In this document: positions 19,701 through 29,769 of the stretch, in pieces
How the letters are laid out: every line of letters begins with the position of its first letter
How positions within the stretch are numbered: position 1 is the first letter of the stretch
Assembly (NCBI GenBank): GCA_047285535.1
Contig: JBJBDC010000001.1
Span: 288,136-352,135, forward strand
Origin: Synechococcus sp.
GTDB taxonomy: Bacteria > Cyanobacteriota > Cyanobacteriia > PCC-6307 > Cyanobiaceae
Reading direction: 5' to 3'
DNA length: 64,000 bases
The notes under the pieces: generated by a model
Databases searched by the model: none
Told to the model about the DNA's origin: nothing
What the model saw: only the letters and a program-made list of their open reading frames with translations
Program-made: the position numbers and the translations under genes

Positions 19701-21569
19701 CTAGGGCACATTGATGGTTAATTGTGGCAACACAAGATCGTTGGGATTTTTTGGCATTGGCAAGAGTTCGCGTAGCATGCGTGCATAGCTGAGATTCACA
19801 TCCACAGTCGCGAATAGCCTTCTCACCAAAGAGTTAACAAGCTGTTCCTGTGTGATTGATAGGCTTATTTCATCCGCAAGGCCTGTTTGATAGCGCAGTT
19901 GGGTGTCTCTGAAGGCTTCTTTGCTTGCCCCAACTGCTCGCCTCGCTGAAACCAACTTTGCCAAGTTGGCCTCGTGGTTCAAAAAGGCTCGCTCCAGTCG
20001 TAAACGGATAGCGTTTCTGGTATTCGCATAGCGCTGGGCTGTTGCTTGTTCTTGCAATTGAAGGGATTTCACTCTGTTTGATGTCCCTCCCGCGTCAAAG
20101 ATCATCCAGTTGAAGGCAAGTCCCACCGACCATTCATAACCACTGACTTGCTCGAGGGGGAGAAATGAAGCCCCACAACATCCATCGCCAATGAGAGAAA
20201 TATCGAAGGTTCGTTCCACGGACCCCAAGCCACCCGCCGCTGCAAACAGGCTCAGCCGCGGCAGAAGTTGAGCCGCAGCTTCGTCTTGCCGAAGCATCAG
20301 CGCCCTTTGAGTGGAGAGAATTGCAGTGAGCTCTGGGTTGTTGTCATAAGCCGCCAAGACAGTTTTTTCTAGGTTGAGCGGCCATCTCGGCTGAAGGCTG
20401 ATTGGGTCACTTGCACTGGGGATTACATCACTTGCAAGATTGAGGACAGTCCAAAGTTCTCGGCGTGCTACGGCTCGGTCGGCCATTGCTTGGATCAAGA
20501 TTTCTTCATCGGCTGCAACGATGCTGCTGCGTCTGAGTAGATCAACGCGGGGCACAAGCCCAGCCTGCTTGAGGGCAAGAGTGTCTTCCAGAATGACAAG
20601 ATCTGTGCGGACGATTGCATCGCGGATACGCACGAGTTGCTCAGCACGCTGGAGCTTGTAATACGCTTCGCTGACTTCAAGTTGAAGAGCTCTTAATTTG
20701 TCTGCATATATATTTTCTTGATGCTCTAATTGCGCCTTTGCTGCTTGTACCCTTGGTGTTCGAGCAAAGTCGATAATGTTGTAGTCAATCTGAAGTCCTG
20801 CTTTGGCAGACACACCATTGACAACGTCTCTAATTCCTCCTCCTTGTGGTATGTAAAAAGGACCATCGCTTGAACCATCTAGTTTTTTTCCGTCGTTAGT
20901 GAGAGCAAAGTTAGGAACTTGTCCTTTTTGATTAAACGCAGGCCCAAAGTCATAGGTGTTGTTGCCATAGGGGTTGTACGTGGTTGTTCCACTTTGAAAT
21001 CCATCGACATTGGCAAAGACGCTGATCGTGGGCCAATAGCGACTGGATTCGGATGCGATTGTGGCTGCCTGGGCCTCGATCAGATTTCTCTGGGCTTCCA
21101 GGGAGGGGTTGTTGCTGAAAGCAATGGTGACTGCTTCTCCTAGTGATAGCGACAGAATGCGAGCTGGATCATCGGTTGAAGAAGGAAGACGAAGAGGAGC
21201 GTTTGGTTGAGCGTCTTGATCTGTTAAGCGTCCAGAAGGGGGGGCATTGGTGTCGATGAATAGATTTGGAATCTCAAGGGTTCTTAAATCATCACTGCTC
21301 TCAATGGCTGGGGCTGGACCAGTCAAGGTGTCAATGGAATCAAGTTGTTTGTCAAGGCGATTCCAGCTTCTCTCCAATTGCTCGGTTGTGCCGCCTACCT
21401 CCAGGGGTGTTGCCTTGATCTGTGCGTTGGCTGCTGCAAGGCTGGAAAGGAACAATCCAATGATGGATAAACATGGAGTGAGGGCGAGATCACAGGAGGA
21501 AAAATTCAGCACGTGCTTTTGGGATGACTTGTGGGCGACTCCTGCCCGTATGTATGCATTCCTTGTCAC
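19701..21569 (-). CDS. TolC family outer membrane efflux protein (start uncertain)
   Basis: Two OEP repeats (AFSNNPSL...YWPTISV and AYDNNPEL...LLPRLSL), WMIFDAG and RYQTGL. Confidence 0.9.
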   Translation of the reverse strand: MTRNAYIRAGVAHKSSQKHVLNFSSCDLALTPCLSIIGLFLSSLAAANAQIKATPLEVGGTTEQLERSWNRLDKQLDSIDTLTGPAPAIESSDDLRTLEIPNLFIDTNAPPSGRLTDQDAQPNAPLRLPSSTDDPARILSLSLGEAVTIAFSNNPSLEAQRNLIEAQAATIASESSRYWPTISVFANVDGFQSGTTTYNPYGNNTYDFGPAFNQKGQVPNFALTNDGKKLDGSSDGPFYIPQGGGIRDVVNGVSAKAGLQIDYNIIDFARTPRVQAAKAQLEHQENIYADKLRALQLEVSEAYYKLQRAEQLVRIRDAIVRTDLVILEDTLALKQAGLVPRVDLLRRSSIVAADEEILIQAMADRAVARRELWTVLNLASDVIPSASDPISLQPRWPLNLEKTVLAAYDNNPELTAILSTQRALMLRQDEAAAQLLPRLSLFAAAGGLGSVERTFDISLIGDGCCGASFLPLEQVSGYEWSVGLAFNWMIFDAGGTSNRVKSLQLQEQATAQRYANTRNAIRLRLERAFLNHEANLAKLVSARRAVGASKEAFRDTQLRYQTGLADEISLSITQEQLVNSLVRRLFATVDVNLSYARMLRELLPMPKNPNDLVLPQLTINVP

Positions 21570-21860
21570 CAGAAAAAGGAGACCAGTTCAGGAACAAGTC
21601 GAGTTTGATTTCCAGTCTTTTTAGAGCTAGGTGGTGACATGTCTGTGTTGTTCGTCTGAATCGATGATGCAATGACTAAGTCCGAGTTAATTTAAGCCAT
21701 ATTGACTCTTGAGTCGCAGGAGAGCCCAGAACATCTTTTTAGGCTTAGAGCGATCTGTATGGCAGGAATTGAGCTGATTGTTGGACTCCAGGCAAGAAAT
21801 TTATCCATTCTTGGAATTAATTATGTCTTCCTTCAAGAATATTGATTATGAAAAGAAAGA

Positions 21861-22976
21861 TTATGATTGTTTGTTTGAGGCGGAAGCTATGGTCGCTTCG
21901 GTGATAGCAGAGCGTATGTAATCAATCAATGAGATTCTAAGCGTGATGTGTTTCAGCTGTTGTTTGTTGAAGTCTCTGTCGAAAGTAGAAAGAGTTTCTC
22001 CAAGTGCATGATCCAGCCATTGATTGGAAGCAGATGATAGACGATTAATCTCTTCTATTTTGTTCGGATCGAGTTTTTGGCGGACGATGGTCTGTCTTTT
22101 TTTCAATTCGCTTGAAATTCTTAAGATTTGAGTGCTCATCGTGTCGATTAGCCTTGCTTCTTCGTGATGCAATTGTTTGATAATCTCTGATTTATTTGAT
22201 GGTATTGGTAAGCTTCTTAAGGCATCAAGAGAGGTGATTATTTGTGACGCCAGAAGGTCAATTTTGCTCCAAATTAGATGTAGTGGATGTTGTTCTGGAT
22301 TGACTCCCAGCTCGGTTTGTGCAAGAACCTGTTGCTGTCTTGCTGCGTTGAGTTGTCGTACGAGTGCAATGCGCTTTGCTTGTTTGTTGCTGTGATTGTT
22401 TGAGGATGGATTATTGTGTCTGAGGATATTGCCTTCATGGTGTAGCTCTGCTCCGATTGCATCTAGTAATGATGCATATTGTTGGTGTAATTGAGGAACG
22501 GTTCGGCTGGGCCACATCCATTTGCAGGCCAAGAGTGAAATGACAATTCCAAGAGATGTCCAGTAAAGGCGAATTGGTCCCCAAATGATCTCTACGTCTT
22601 CATGAGCAAGCCATCCCATAACGATGATAGTCCCAGCAACTTTGTACCCCACTTGCAGTCCAAGAATTCCTCCCAAAAGTCTTGTTGAGGCTAAAGCTAA
22701 TCCGAGTCCTAATGGGAGAGGGAGATGCAGACTTTTGTTCACTATGATCAAGATAATGACGCCCATCAGCGACCCCATCAGCCTCTCGATGCCCAGCTTC
22801 ATGGAATTGCCGTAGCTACTCGATAGAACAGCTGCTGTTGTTAGGGGCAAATAAAACCCGTATGGAATTGAGCTAAGTAGACCGAATCCAGCACTCAATC
22901 CGGTGACAAGCAGAAGTCGTAATTCTTGTCTGGTAAACCAAGGATTACTAAGGGAATGAAAGCTTCGTTTTATCAT
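21861..22976 (-). CDS. FUSC / aromatic acid exporter family protein
   Basis: About six N-terminal TM segments with ERLMGSLMG and WMWP, then a helical cytoplasmic domain. Confidence 0.78.
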   Translation of the reverse strand: MIKRSFHSLSNPWFTRQELRLLLVTGLSAGFGLLSSIPYGFYLPLTTAAVLSSSYGNSMKLGIERLMGSLMGVIILIIVNKSLHLPLPLGLGLALASTRLLGGILGLQVGYKVAGTIIVMGWLAHEDVEIIWGPIRLYWTSLGIVISLLACKWMWPSRTVPQLHQQYASLLDAIGAELHHEGNILRHNNPSSNNHSNKQAKRIALVRQLNAARQQQVLAQTELGVNPEQHPLHLIWSKIDLLASQIITSLDALRSLPIPSNKSEIIKQLHHEEARLIDTMSTQILRISSELKKRQTIVRQKLDPNKIEEINRLSSASNQWLDHALGETLSTFDRDFNKQQLKHITLRISLIDYIRSAITEATIASASNKQS

Positions 22977-23938
22977 TCAAATGAGTTATGTTTCACGGCG
23001 AAATCAAGCGTTTTCTGGCTATTAATCAGTCGAAGAAGTCGAGTCCCTTCTTCCTCTAAAAGAATGCGCTGGGAGAGGCTAAGTGGACTGTCTGATTCTA
23101 TTTGTAATCGCTTCCACCCGATCTCATTGCTATTGTTTAAATGATGAGCAAGCTCAGGTAATTTCAAAGGCTTATATTTTATGGATAGAGTATCAAGAAG
23201 CCTTTCCATTAATATCCAGTTCGCATGAAGGCTGCGCCATAGGCTCATTCGTTGTTGCCAGCGAAGCCGAGTCAGTTGTTTAATGTGTTTCGAGCCAAGC
23301 TGTTCTTCAATGTTAATGAGGCGTTGGATCTCTAACAGATCTTTTGTGATCGAGCCGGGCTGTAAGGGTGGTGGTGAAGGCGTCAATCCTTGGAGCGACT
23401 GGCTATGTTTTTGCATGCGTGTGGTGAGGTGATTGAGTAATTTTTGATGAAGCGCTTCCATTCGCATGAGTCGATTTTTGGGCCAAAATAAGCGCCCGAT
23501 TACAATGGCTACAACGATTCCAACTAGGGTATCAATGCTTCTATTGAAGATATAGTACCAGTTTAAATTTGAATAGCCATGTACGCCTAAAAAGATCACC
23601 GTAATCACAACGGCTGTCGATAAGCCGCTGCCCCATCCCAGGCGGCGAAGTAAAGGAATCGTAATGAAGAGACTGACAAAAATGCCAATCCAGCCTGAAA
23701 GCATTGTGTGGACTAAAAAAACAACAAAGCCGCCAGTTACTGTTCCTAGAATTCTTCCTCGAGCAGCTTGAAGGCTATTTTCGTCTTGATCGTCGACTAC
23801 TAAAATGACTGCTAAGAGTGGATAAAAAACAAATCTAATGCGATCAAAATGTTCGGCAATCGCGCATGTGATTAAAATACTGATGCCAAGTCTTAGACTT
23901 TGTCTTACAAGATTGCTGTCTATCCTGGTAATGATCAT
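22973..23938 (-). CDS. FUSC / aromatic acid exporter family protein
   Basis: ARGRILGTVTGG and NRSIDTLVGIVVAIVIGRLFWP; ATGA overlap with the downstream paralog. Confidence 0.8.
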   Translation of the reverse strand: MIITRIDSNLVRQSLRLGISILITCAIAEHFDRIRFVFYPLLAVILVVDDQDENSLQAARGRILGTVTGGFVVFLVHTMLSGWIGIFVSLFITIPLLRRLGWGSGLSTAVVITVIFLGVHGYSNLNWYYIFNRSIDTLVGIVVAIVIGRLFWPKNRLMRMEALHQKLLNHLTTRMQKHSQSLQGLTPSPPPLQPGSITKDLLEIQRLINIEEQLGSKHIKQLTRLRWQQRMSLWRSLHANWILMERLLDTLSIKYKPLKLPELAHHLNNSNEIGWKRLQIESDSPLSLSQRILLEEEGTRLLRLINSQKTLDFAVKHNSFE

Positions 23939-23949
23939 TCTAAAGGTGA

Positions 23950-24858
23950 TCAGAACTGCAATTTGAAGCGTCCACGGCTGGATTCACTTGCACTGATTCC
24001 TCGCGATGAATCTGTGGCAGGCCATTGTGTATCGAGGTAACTAATACCCTTTTGGTAAAAGGGGCGCGCAGGTAGTCGGCTTGCTTGCAATTCCGTTGTG
24101 CCCATAGCGGTGATCAATCCACCCAGTTCCAACGGTCCCAGATCTGTCTCAAGACTGCGTCCGGCTGCCGTGATCAGGGCTGGCAGACGCACAAGATTTT
24201 GGGGTTGAATGAGTTTATTGAAGAGGCTTCTCAGCACAAGTTGCTGGCGGTCTAAGCGTCCAAAATCCCCTTCTCCATCATGACGCCAACGCAGAAATCC
24301 TTCGAGGTCACGACCTTTGAGGACCTGGGGACCAGGCTGAAGGTCGATGAACAAGCCTTGGCTTTTGTCTTGGTAGTAGAGCCGCTTTGGGACATCAATT
24401 TCAAGGCCTCCGAGCAAATCACTAATGGTACGGATTCCTTTTAAGTCAACAAGGATGTGATGACTGACTGGACGGCCCATGAGGCGTGTTAGCTCCGTTT
24501 TTACCGCCTCAGGTCCACCTCTTGCGTGCAGTGCATTGGCCTTCGTCGGGCCAAAGCTGCGTGAATCGATATAACTATCTCTTGGAATTTGAATAATGGA
24601 GGTTTGTCCATTTTCAACGCTTAGGATGAAAATTGTGTCTGTGTTCCCACCCCCTGCATCCATTCCAAGAACGACGATATTCTTGTCGCCCAAGCTTGAC
24701 CAACTTGCAAAGGGATTACTGATCGAGGCGAGAATTGGTGCCTCGTTTGAAGGAATTAAGGATCGACTAAGAGGAATTGAAAGCATGAATCCACCAAGGA
24801 GGCCAACTGCTGCCGCTGTGAGCAGGGATTTTTTCCTAGGACTTTTCATTCCGCTCAT
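23950..24858 (-). CDS. LCP (LytR-CpsA-Psr) family protein
   Basis: N-terminal TM; VLGMD, NTDTI, IPRDSY and LRWRHD..GDFGRLDRQQ. Confidence 0.92.
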   Translation of the reverse strand: MSGMKSPRKKSLLTAAAVGLLGGFMLSIPLSRSLIPSNEAPILASISNPFASWSSLGDKNIVVLGMDAGGGNTDTIFILSVENGQTSIIQIPRDSYIDSRSFGPTKANALHARGGPEAVKTELTRLMGRPVSHHILVDLKGIRTISDLLGGLEIDVPKRLYYQDKSQGLFIDLQPGPQVLKGRDLEGFLRWRHDGEGDFGRLDRQQLVLRSLFNKLIQPQNLVRLPALITAAGRSLETDLGPLELGGLITAMGTTELQASRLPARPFYQKGISYLDTQWPATDSSRGISASESSRGRFKLQF

Positions 24859-24930
24859 AACCTCATCTTAAGTCTTATCCCGCGTGCTTTTACAAATGTC
24901 TACGTCACGTCACGTCACTGTTGATACTGA

Positions 24931-27021
24931 TTAGTGGAGTGGGTCGCTGATCATCAAAGCTGGACAGGACAAATGATGTACCAAATTGCTGGTTCGGTCA
25001 CTTGCTGGAATAGGTAGTCCAGCAACCCTTCTCCTCTGAGAACGCAAAATCACGAGATTTTGATCTTTGCTGAACAAGTGAATTTTAGAATCGATACCTG
25101 GACCTTGAAGCAGTTTGATTTGTATTTGATCTCTGGGGATGTCGCGTGGGCACCAACTGATCAGTTGTTGTTCCATCCACGAGCGTTCGTGGCGATTGAA
25201 GCGTGGATCATGAATGTGGAGAAGAGTGATGGTAGTGGATCTTGGGTCTAATTCAGTGGCAAGTAGCCGCAGGGCGAGCTCAAACTGTTCACGTGCACTT
25301 GCAGAGAGATCTTTGATAGGCACCAGAATTTGTTTGAGGTGATCAAGTTCGCATCTTCGAAGATTTGCCACCACAACAGGGCAATGAGCGGTTCGGCAGA
25401 CCCCGTCGACCAGATCGCCGAGTAACCAGTTTCGGAGACGGTCAGGGCGGCCTGCTCCAATCAGAAGCAGATCGGCTCCCTCCTCTAGGGCGCTTCGGCT
25501 CATCCCTGCAGCGATGTCATCATCCAATCGCAGCAGACAACGGGTCGTACTAGCGAGCTGTTTCCCATAGGTTGCGGCTTCGTTCAGTCTGGATCTTGCG
25601 GCTGCAATTGCACGATTCAAGCCTCCGCGCGCTTCTTCAAGGCTTGGGCTCACCAGAGCAAGGGGAAGTAGCTGTCCGCCGTAATCGGCTCCTCCATGGG
25701 AAAGCCGTGCGGCCAAGCTCAACAAGCTCAGTTCTGTCTCTGGGTTGGCAATGGGCACCACAACTTTTAAAGGACGGCGTACTACCTCTGCAGGGTTGTC
25801 ATGTCCTAATTGGAGCCGTGGCACTCGATCGGAGGAGCTTTCATTCGGCTCCATCAGGGCTACAACCGAGCGTGTCGTGAGGGTTGGACCCAGCGTTGCG
25901 GTCACGACCATCACGACCAGCACGCTATTGAGAACAGTACTGTCTAGTAATCCAGCTTGAAAGCCGATGAAAGCGGTGGCAAGCGTTGCGGCAACTTTTG
26001 GCATCGCAAGCGACCACATCAGCACAATTTGATTTGAGCTGTAGCCGAACCAGCGTCCAGCCATTAGGGCAGCTAGTGCTTTACAACCCAAGGCTCCAGT
26101 GAGCATCAGCGCTGTGAATTCAATGTTGCTGATGCTGTCGGCGATGCTGCGAAGATCGATAAGCAGCCCTAAATGAATAAAAAAGATGGGGATAAATAGG
26201 GCTCCGCCAACAAAGATCACTTGCTCTTTGACCTTCCCTTCTGGAAGGACGGAATTCACCGCCAGACCAGCCAGAAAAGCTCCAACGATTTTTTCTACCC
26301 CTGCGAGCTCTGCGCCGAGAGAGGCCACAAACAATGTGAGCAGAACTGCCAGAAAGACACGGTTTTCATCGATCACGTTGCGCATCCAAAGATGCTTGCC
26401 AATCACCCGGATTCCCCAGACGACTAAAAAAGCAAACACGCCGATACTGATGAGTAGCCCCGTGAAGCTGCTTGTTGTGAGGTTTTGTTTTCCCAGTCCC
26501 AGGGCGACCGCTAGCAGAAGCAGCGCTGCAATGTCGGTTAAAATTGTGCTTCCCACGCTTACGATCACGGATTCGTCACGCTGCGCTCCGTAACTTCGAA
26601 CGATCGGATAGCCAAGTGGTGTATGTGTCGCCATCAGGGCCCCGAGTAAGAGGCTTGGGACTAGAGGAAAACCAAAGATGGTGCCTATGCCGATACCTGT
26701 GCCCACTCCGAGAACAAAAATCAGGACCCCAAAGGTCACTGAGCGTCCTTTGACCCTGTTGAACTCCTCAAGGTCTATTTCCAAGCCGACTGTGAACAAT
26801 AGATAAATGGCACCAATATCAGAGAGAAGAGTGATTGTTTCTCCCTTGGCATCGATCCAATGCAAAATATGGGGACCGACAAGTACACCCGCCGCTAGAA
26901 GTCCCACGAGATCAGGAAGCCTTAAACGTCTTGTTAAAGGTGGAATCAAGACGCTGATCGCAACAAGCTGAGCAAATATGCCCAGTGGGTGATGCATCAG
27001 GTGGGATAGCGAAGCAGCCAT
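24931..27021 (-). CDS. CPA2 cation:proton antiporter with C-terminal universal-stress-protein-like domains
   Basis: GVLVGP, LFTVGLEID, TILTDI, GAFLAG and FIPIFF; C-terminal ADLLLIG...LLGDLVDGVCRTAHCPVVV. Confidence 0.9.
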   Translation of the reverse strand: MAASLSHLMHHPLGIFAQLVAISVLIPPLTRRLRLPDLVGLLAAGVLVGPHILHWIDAKGETITLLSDIGAIYLLFTVGLEIDLEEFNRVKGRSVTFGVLIFVLGVGTGIGIGTIFGFPLVPSLLLGALMATHTPLGYPIVRSYGAQRDESVIVSVGSTILTDIAALLLLAVALGLGKQNLTTSSFTGLLISIGVFAFLVVWGIRVIGKHLWMRNVIDENRVFLAVLLTLFVASLGAELAGVEKIVGAFLAGLAVNSVLPEGKVKEQVIFVGGALFIPIFFIHLGLLIDLRSIADSISNIEFTALMLTGALGCKALAALMAGRWFGYSSNQIVLMWSLAMPKVAATLATAFIGFQAGLLDSTVLNSVLVVMVVTATLGPTLTTRSVVALMEPNESSSDRVPRLQLGHDNPAEVVRRPLKVVVPIANPETELSLLSLAARLSHGGADYGGQLLPLALVSPSLEEARGGLNRAIAAARSRLNEAATYGKQLASTTRCLLRLDDDIAAGMSRSALEEGADLLLIGAGRPDRLRNWLLGDLVDGVCRTAHCPVVVANLRRCELDHLKQILVPIKDLSASAREQFELALRLLATELDPRSTTITLLHIHDPRFNRHERSWMEQQLISWCPRDIPRDQIQIKLLQGPGIDSKIHLFSKDQNLVILRSQRRRVAGLPIPASDRTSNLVHHLSCPALMISDPLH

Positions 27022-27051
27022 CTAGGAAGTCCTGAATTCAATGGTTTTGGA

Positions 27052-28872
27052 TCAATGGCTGAGCGGTTCATCACTGCGAAAGCCAGCTTGAACGCGCCAG
27101 AGGTCAGCGTAGGCGCCTGGTCTGTGTAGAAGTTGATCGTGTGTACCGTGTTCGACAATGTGACCAGCATCCATCACAATGATCTGATCAGCATGTCGCA
27201 CTGTGCTCAGTCGATGCGCAATTACCAGTGTGGTTCGATTGGACGTGATCCGCATCAGTGAACGCTGAATCGCAGCTTCTGTTTCATTGTCTACAGCGGC
27301 TGTGGCTTCATCAAGAATGAGAACTGGCACATTTTTCAAAATGGCTCGCGCCAAGGCAATGCGTTGTCGTTGACCGCCGGAAAGCCGTTGCCCCCTTTCT
27401 CCCACCAGGGTGTCAAATCCTTGAGGGAGAGCTTGGATGAAATTGAAGGCTTCTGCTTGCTCAGCTGCCCAAAGTACTGACGTTTTAGATGCGTTCTGAG
27501 AGCCGTAGCTGATGTTTTCGGCGACGCTTCCATGGAAGAGATAAACGTCTTGACTGACGAGAGCAATGCAGCGGCGAAGATCTTGAAGCTGAAGGGACTC
27601 AATCGGGTGACCGTCAAGAAGGATCGTTCCGCTGTCAAGCGGGTACAACCTCAGCAATAGTTTAACCAATGAACTTTTACCTGAACCTGTAGCACCAACG
27701 ATCCCAATCGTTTGTCCGGCGGAAATCGTCAGATTGAAGTTGTTGAGAAGCGGGTTACGATCCTTGTAAGAAAAGCAAACCCGTTCATAACGAATGTCTC
27801 CCCTGACATTGATTGGGTTGAGGCGGATGCTGCCACTATCGATCTGAATTGGGGTGTCAATGAGATCAAGAACTCGCTGAGTGGAAGCCATCGAGCGTTG
27901 ATAATCATCCAAGGTTCTCCCCAACGTCGTTAGAGGCCAGAGCAGTCTCTGGGTGATGAAGACTAAAAAACTGTAAGTACCCACTGCAATGACTCCTCTC
28001 CATGCTTGCATCCCGCCGATAAGAAGTATCGCTAGGAAAGCAAATAAGATTGCAAACCGAATGAGGGGTATGAACGCAGCAGAGATACGAATTGCCTGGC
28101 GATTGCACTGTCTGTATGCATTACTAGCTGTGCGAAGTTGCTCCAGCTCCCATGCTTCAGTCGCAAAGCTTTTGATTGTGAGTATCCCACCGAGATTATT
28201 GGAGAGTCGAGAGACTAGATCTCCTGCTTTTTGTCGTACATCGCGATATTTAGGGGCCAACCTTTTCTGAAAATGGAGTGAACCGAAAAGGATGATAGGG
28301 ATCGGTAAAAATGCGAATACTGCTACGGATGGATCTAAAACAGCCATGGCACTACCTACAAGTAGAACCGTCGTGATTAATTGCAGAATTTCGTTGGCGC
28401 CACGATCAAGAAAGCGCTCGAGTTGATTGATGTCATCACTAAGAACAGAGAGCAAGCGGCCACTGCTGTCTCTTTCAAAGAAATCCATCTCAAGCTTCTG
28501 GAGATGGTCATAGGCTTCCAGTCTCAGGCTGTGTTGCGTCGACTGGGCAAGATTTCTCCAAAGCACCCCATAGAGATATTCAAATAGAGACTCTGCTGTC
28601 CAAACCAAGAAGGACAGAACAGAGAGCACAATGAGTTGACTCGGCACAGTGGTGGCACCAAATCTTGCAAGCCAGGACGAATCCTGCTGGACAACAACAT
28701 CAACGGCCAGACCAATGAGTACAGGAGGAAGAAGATCAAAAACCTTATTGACGATTGAACAGCTGGCCGCCATCCATACCCGTTGTCTGTAGGGCTTCAG
28801 ATGGCTCAGCAACCTTGGTAAGGCAGGCTTGATGCGTCCAGGCAAAATCTGATCGGACATCATCAATAGCAA
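27052..28872 (-). CDS. ABC exporter, fused permease and ATPase (MsbA/MdlB-like; no C39 peptidase domain)
   Basis: TM domain followed by GATGSGKS, LSGGQRQR, ILDEAT and IAHRLST. Confidence 0.95.
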   Translation of the reverse strand: MLLMMSDQILPGRIKPALPRLLSHLKPYRQRVWMAASCSIVNKVFDLLPPVLIGLAVDVVVQQDSSWLARFGATTVPSQLIVLSVLSFLVWTAESLFEYLYGVLWRNLAQSTQHSLRLEAYDHLQKLEMDFFERDSSGRLLSVLSDDINQLERFLDRGANEILQLITTVLLVGSAMAVLDPSVAVFAFLPIPIILFGSLHFQKRLAPKYRDVRQKAGDLVSRLSNNLGGILTIKSFATEAWELEQLRTASNAYRQCNRQAIRISAAFIPLIRFAILFAFLAILLIGGMQAWRGVIAVGTYSFLVFITQRLLWPLTTLGRTLDDYQRSMASTQRVLDLIDTPIQIDSGSIRLNPINVRGDIRYERVCFSYKDRNPLLNNFNLTISAGQTIGIVGATGSGKSSLVKLLLRLYPLDSGTILLDGHPIESLQLQDLRRCIALVSQDVYLFHGSVAENISYGSQNASKTSVLWAAEQAEAFNFIQALPQGFDTLVGERGQRLSGGQRQRIALARAILKNVPVLILDEATAAVDNETEAAIQRSLMRITSNRTTLVIAHRLSTVRHADQIIVMDAGHIVEHGTHDQLLHRPGAYADLWRVQAGFRSDEPLSH

Positions 28873-29147
28873 GACACTCTATTCAAGCGGTCTGTGGCCC
28901 AAAGTCCTCAGGAATTCGGAAACGATTTAGACCTGAACCTGAGGTCTAGACGGTGATCAGTCGCGATCGAGTTTTCAATCATGGGTCTCCATGACTTCTT
29001 CCTTAAATTCCACAATTCTTAAGTGTGGATGATGAACACTAGGAGGCAAAAACTGATGATTCTTGCCATTGATAAGAATAAAAAATGATCGAAGTCAATC
29101 TTTGAAAATGTCAGCTGCAGGCCAGATCTGTACATTGAAATGGGCGT

Positions 29148-29179
29148 GGAGGAGTCAACCCACGTGAGTTGGCTCCCCC
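29148..29179 (-). terminator. GC-rich hairpin just 3' of rbp (terminator or 3' stabiliser)
   Basis: Minus strand GGGGGAGCCAACTCAC/GTGGGTTGACTCCTCC, 8 nt after the stop; no clear U tract. Confidence 0.5.
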
Positions 29180-29187
29180 TTGTGGGT

Positions 29188-29523
29188 TCACCAGCGATTG
29201 CCGCCGCCGTAGCCGCCGCCGCCGTTGCCGCCGCCGCCGCCGTAACCACCGCGGCCACCACCACCTCCTCCTCCAGAGCGCTCCCGCGGGGTCGCTTTAT
29301 TCACACGGATCATGCGACCCATCCACTCCACGTTCTGGAGGTCGTCAATGGCTTTTTGCTCATCTTCGTCCGAAGCCATTTCCACGAAGCCAAAGCCACG
29401 CTTGCGGCCAGTTTCGCGATCGAGAGGAAGACTTGCACTCTTAACCTCCCCGTATTGACTGAAAAGATCAAGAAGATCTTCTTGTTCTGCCTGAAAAGAC
29501 AGATTGCCGATGTAGATGGTCAT
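29188..29523 (-). CDS. rbp: RRM RNA-binding protein with a glycine-rich tail (cyanobacterial Rbp)
   Basis: RNP2 IYIGNL, RNP1 RGFGFVEM and a C-terminal GGGG/GY tail. Confidence 0.96.
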   Translation of the reverse strand: MTIYIGNLSFQAEQEDLLDLFSQYGEVKSASLPLDRETGRKRGFGFVEMASDEDEQKAIDDLQNVEWMGRMIRVNKATPRERSGGGGGGGRGGYGGGGGNGGGGYGGGNRW

Positions 29524-29726
29524 TTCCTGAGGGGACCGTTGGACATTTGATCAGTGAAGTTGTGGTCCGAAAAGGGAAGTCCTTGATGCTGAAGCTGGAG
29601 AGCTGAAGCTTGGGGGAGCGAGCCGATCAGAGCCGAACATGAAGCTGATGCATCACCACGCTACAGGTTGGGGTGAAACAACATCTCTACAACCGAAAGG
29701 AAATTGGAAAAGTTTCCATTTCTTCA

Positions 29727-29769
29727 GAGGTTCTTTACCAGACAGGAGGTTCTTTACCAGACAGGAGGT
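29727..29769. repeat. Tandem duplication of a 19-bp unit
   Basis: GAGGTTCTTTACCAGACAG at 29727 and 29746, followed by a partial GAGGT. Confidence 0.85.

Noticed and set aside
27052..28872. ABC exporter as a bacteriocin transporter partner for the HlyD
   Set aside because: It has no C39 peptidase domain, is separated from the HlyD by unrelated genes, and looks like a generic exporter.
29019..29550. Ala-rich and Arg-rich ORFs (29140-29550, 29169-29444, 29019-29264)
   Set aside because: They are shadow frames of the GGC-rich glycine tail of rbp.
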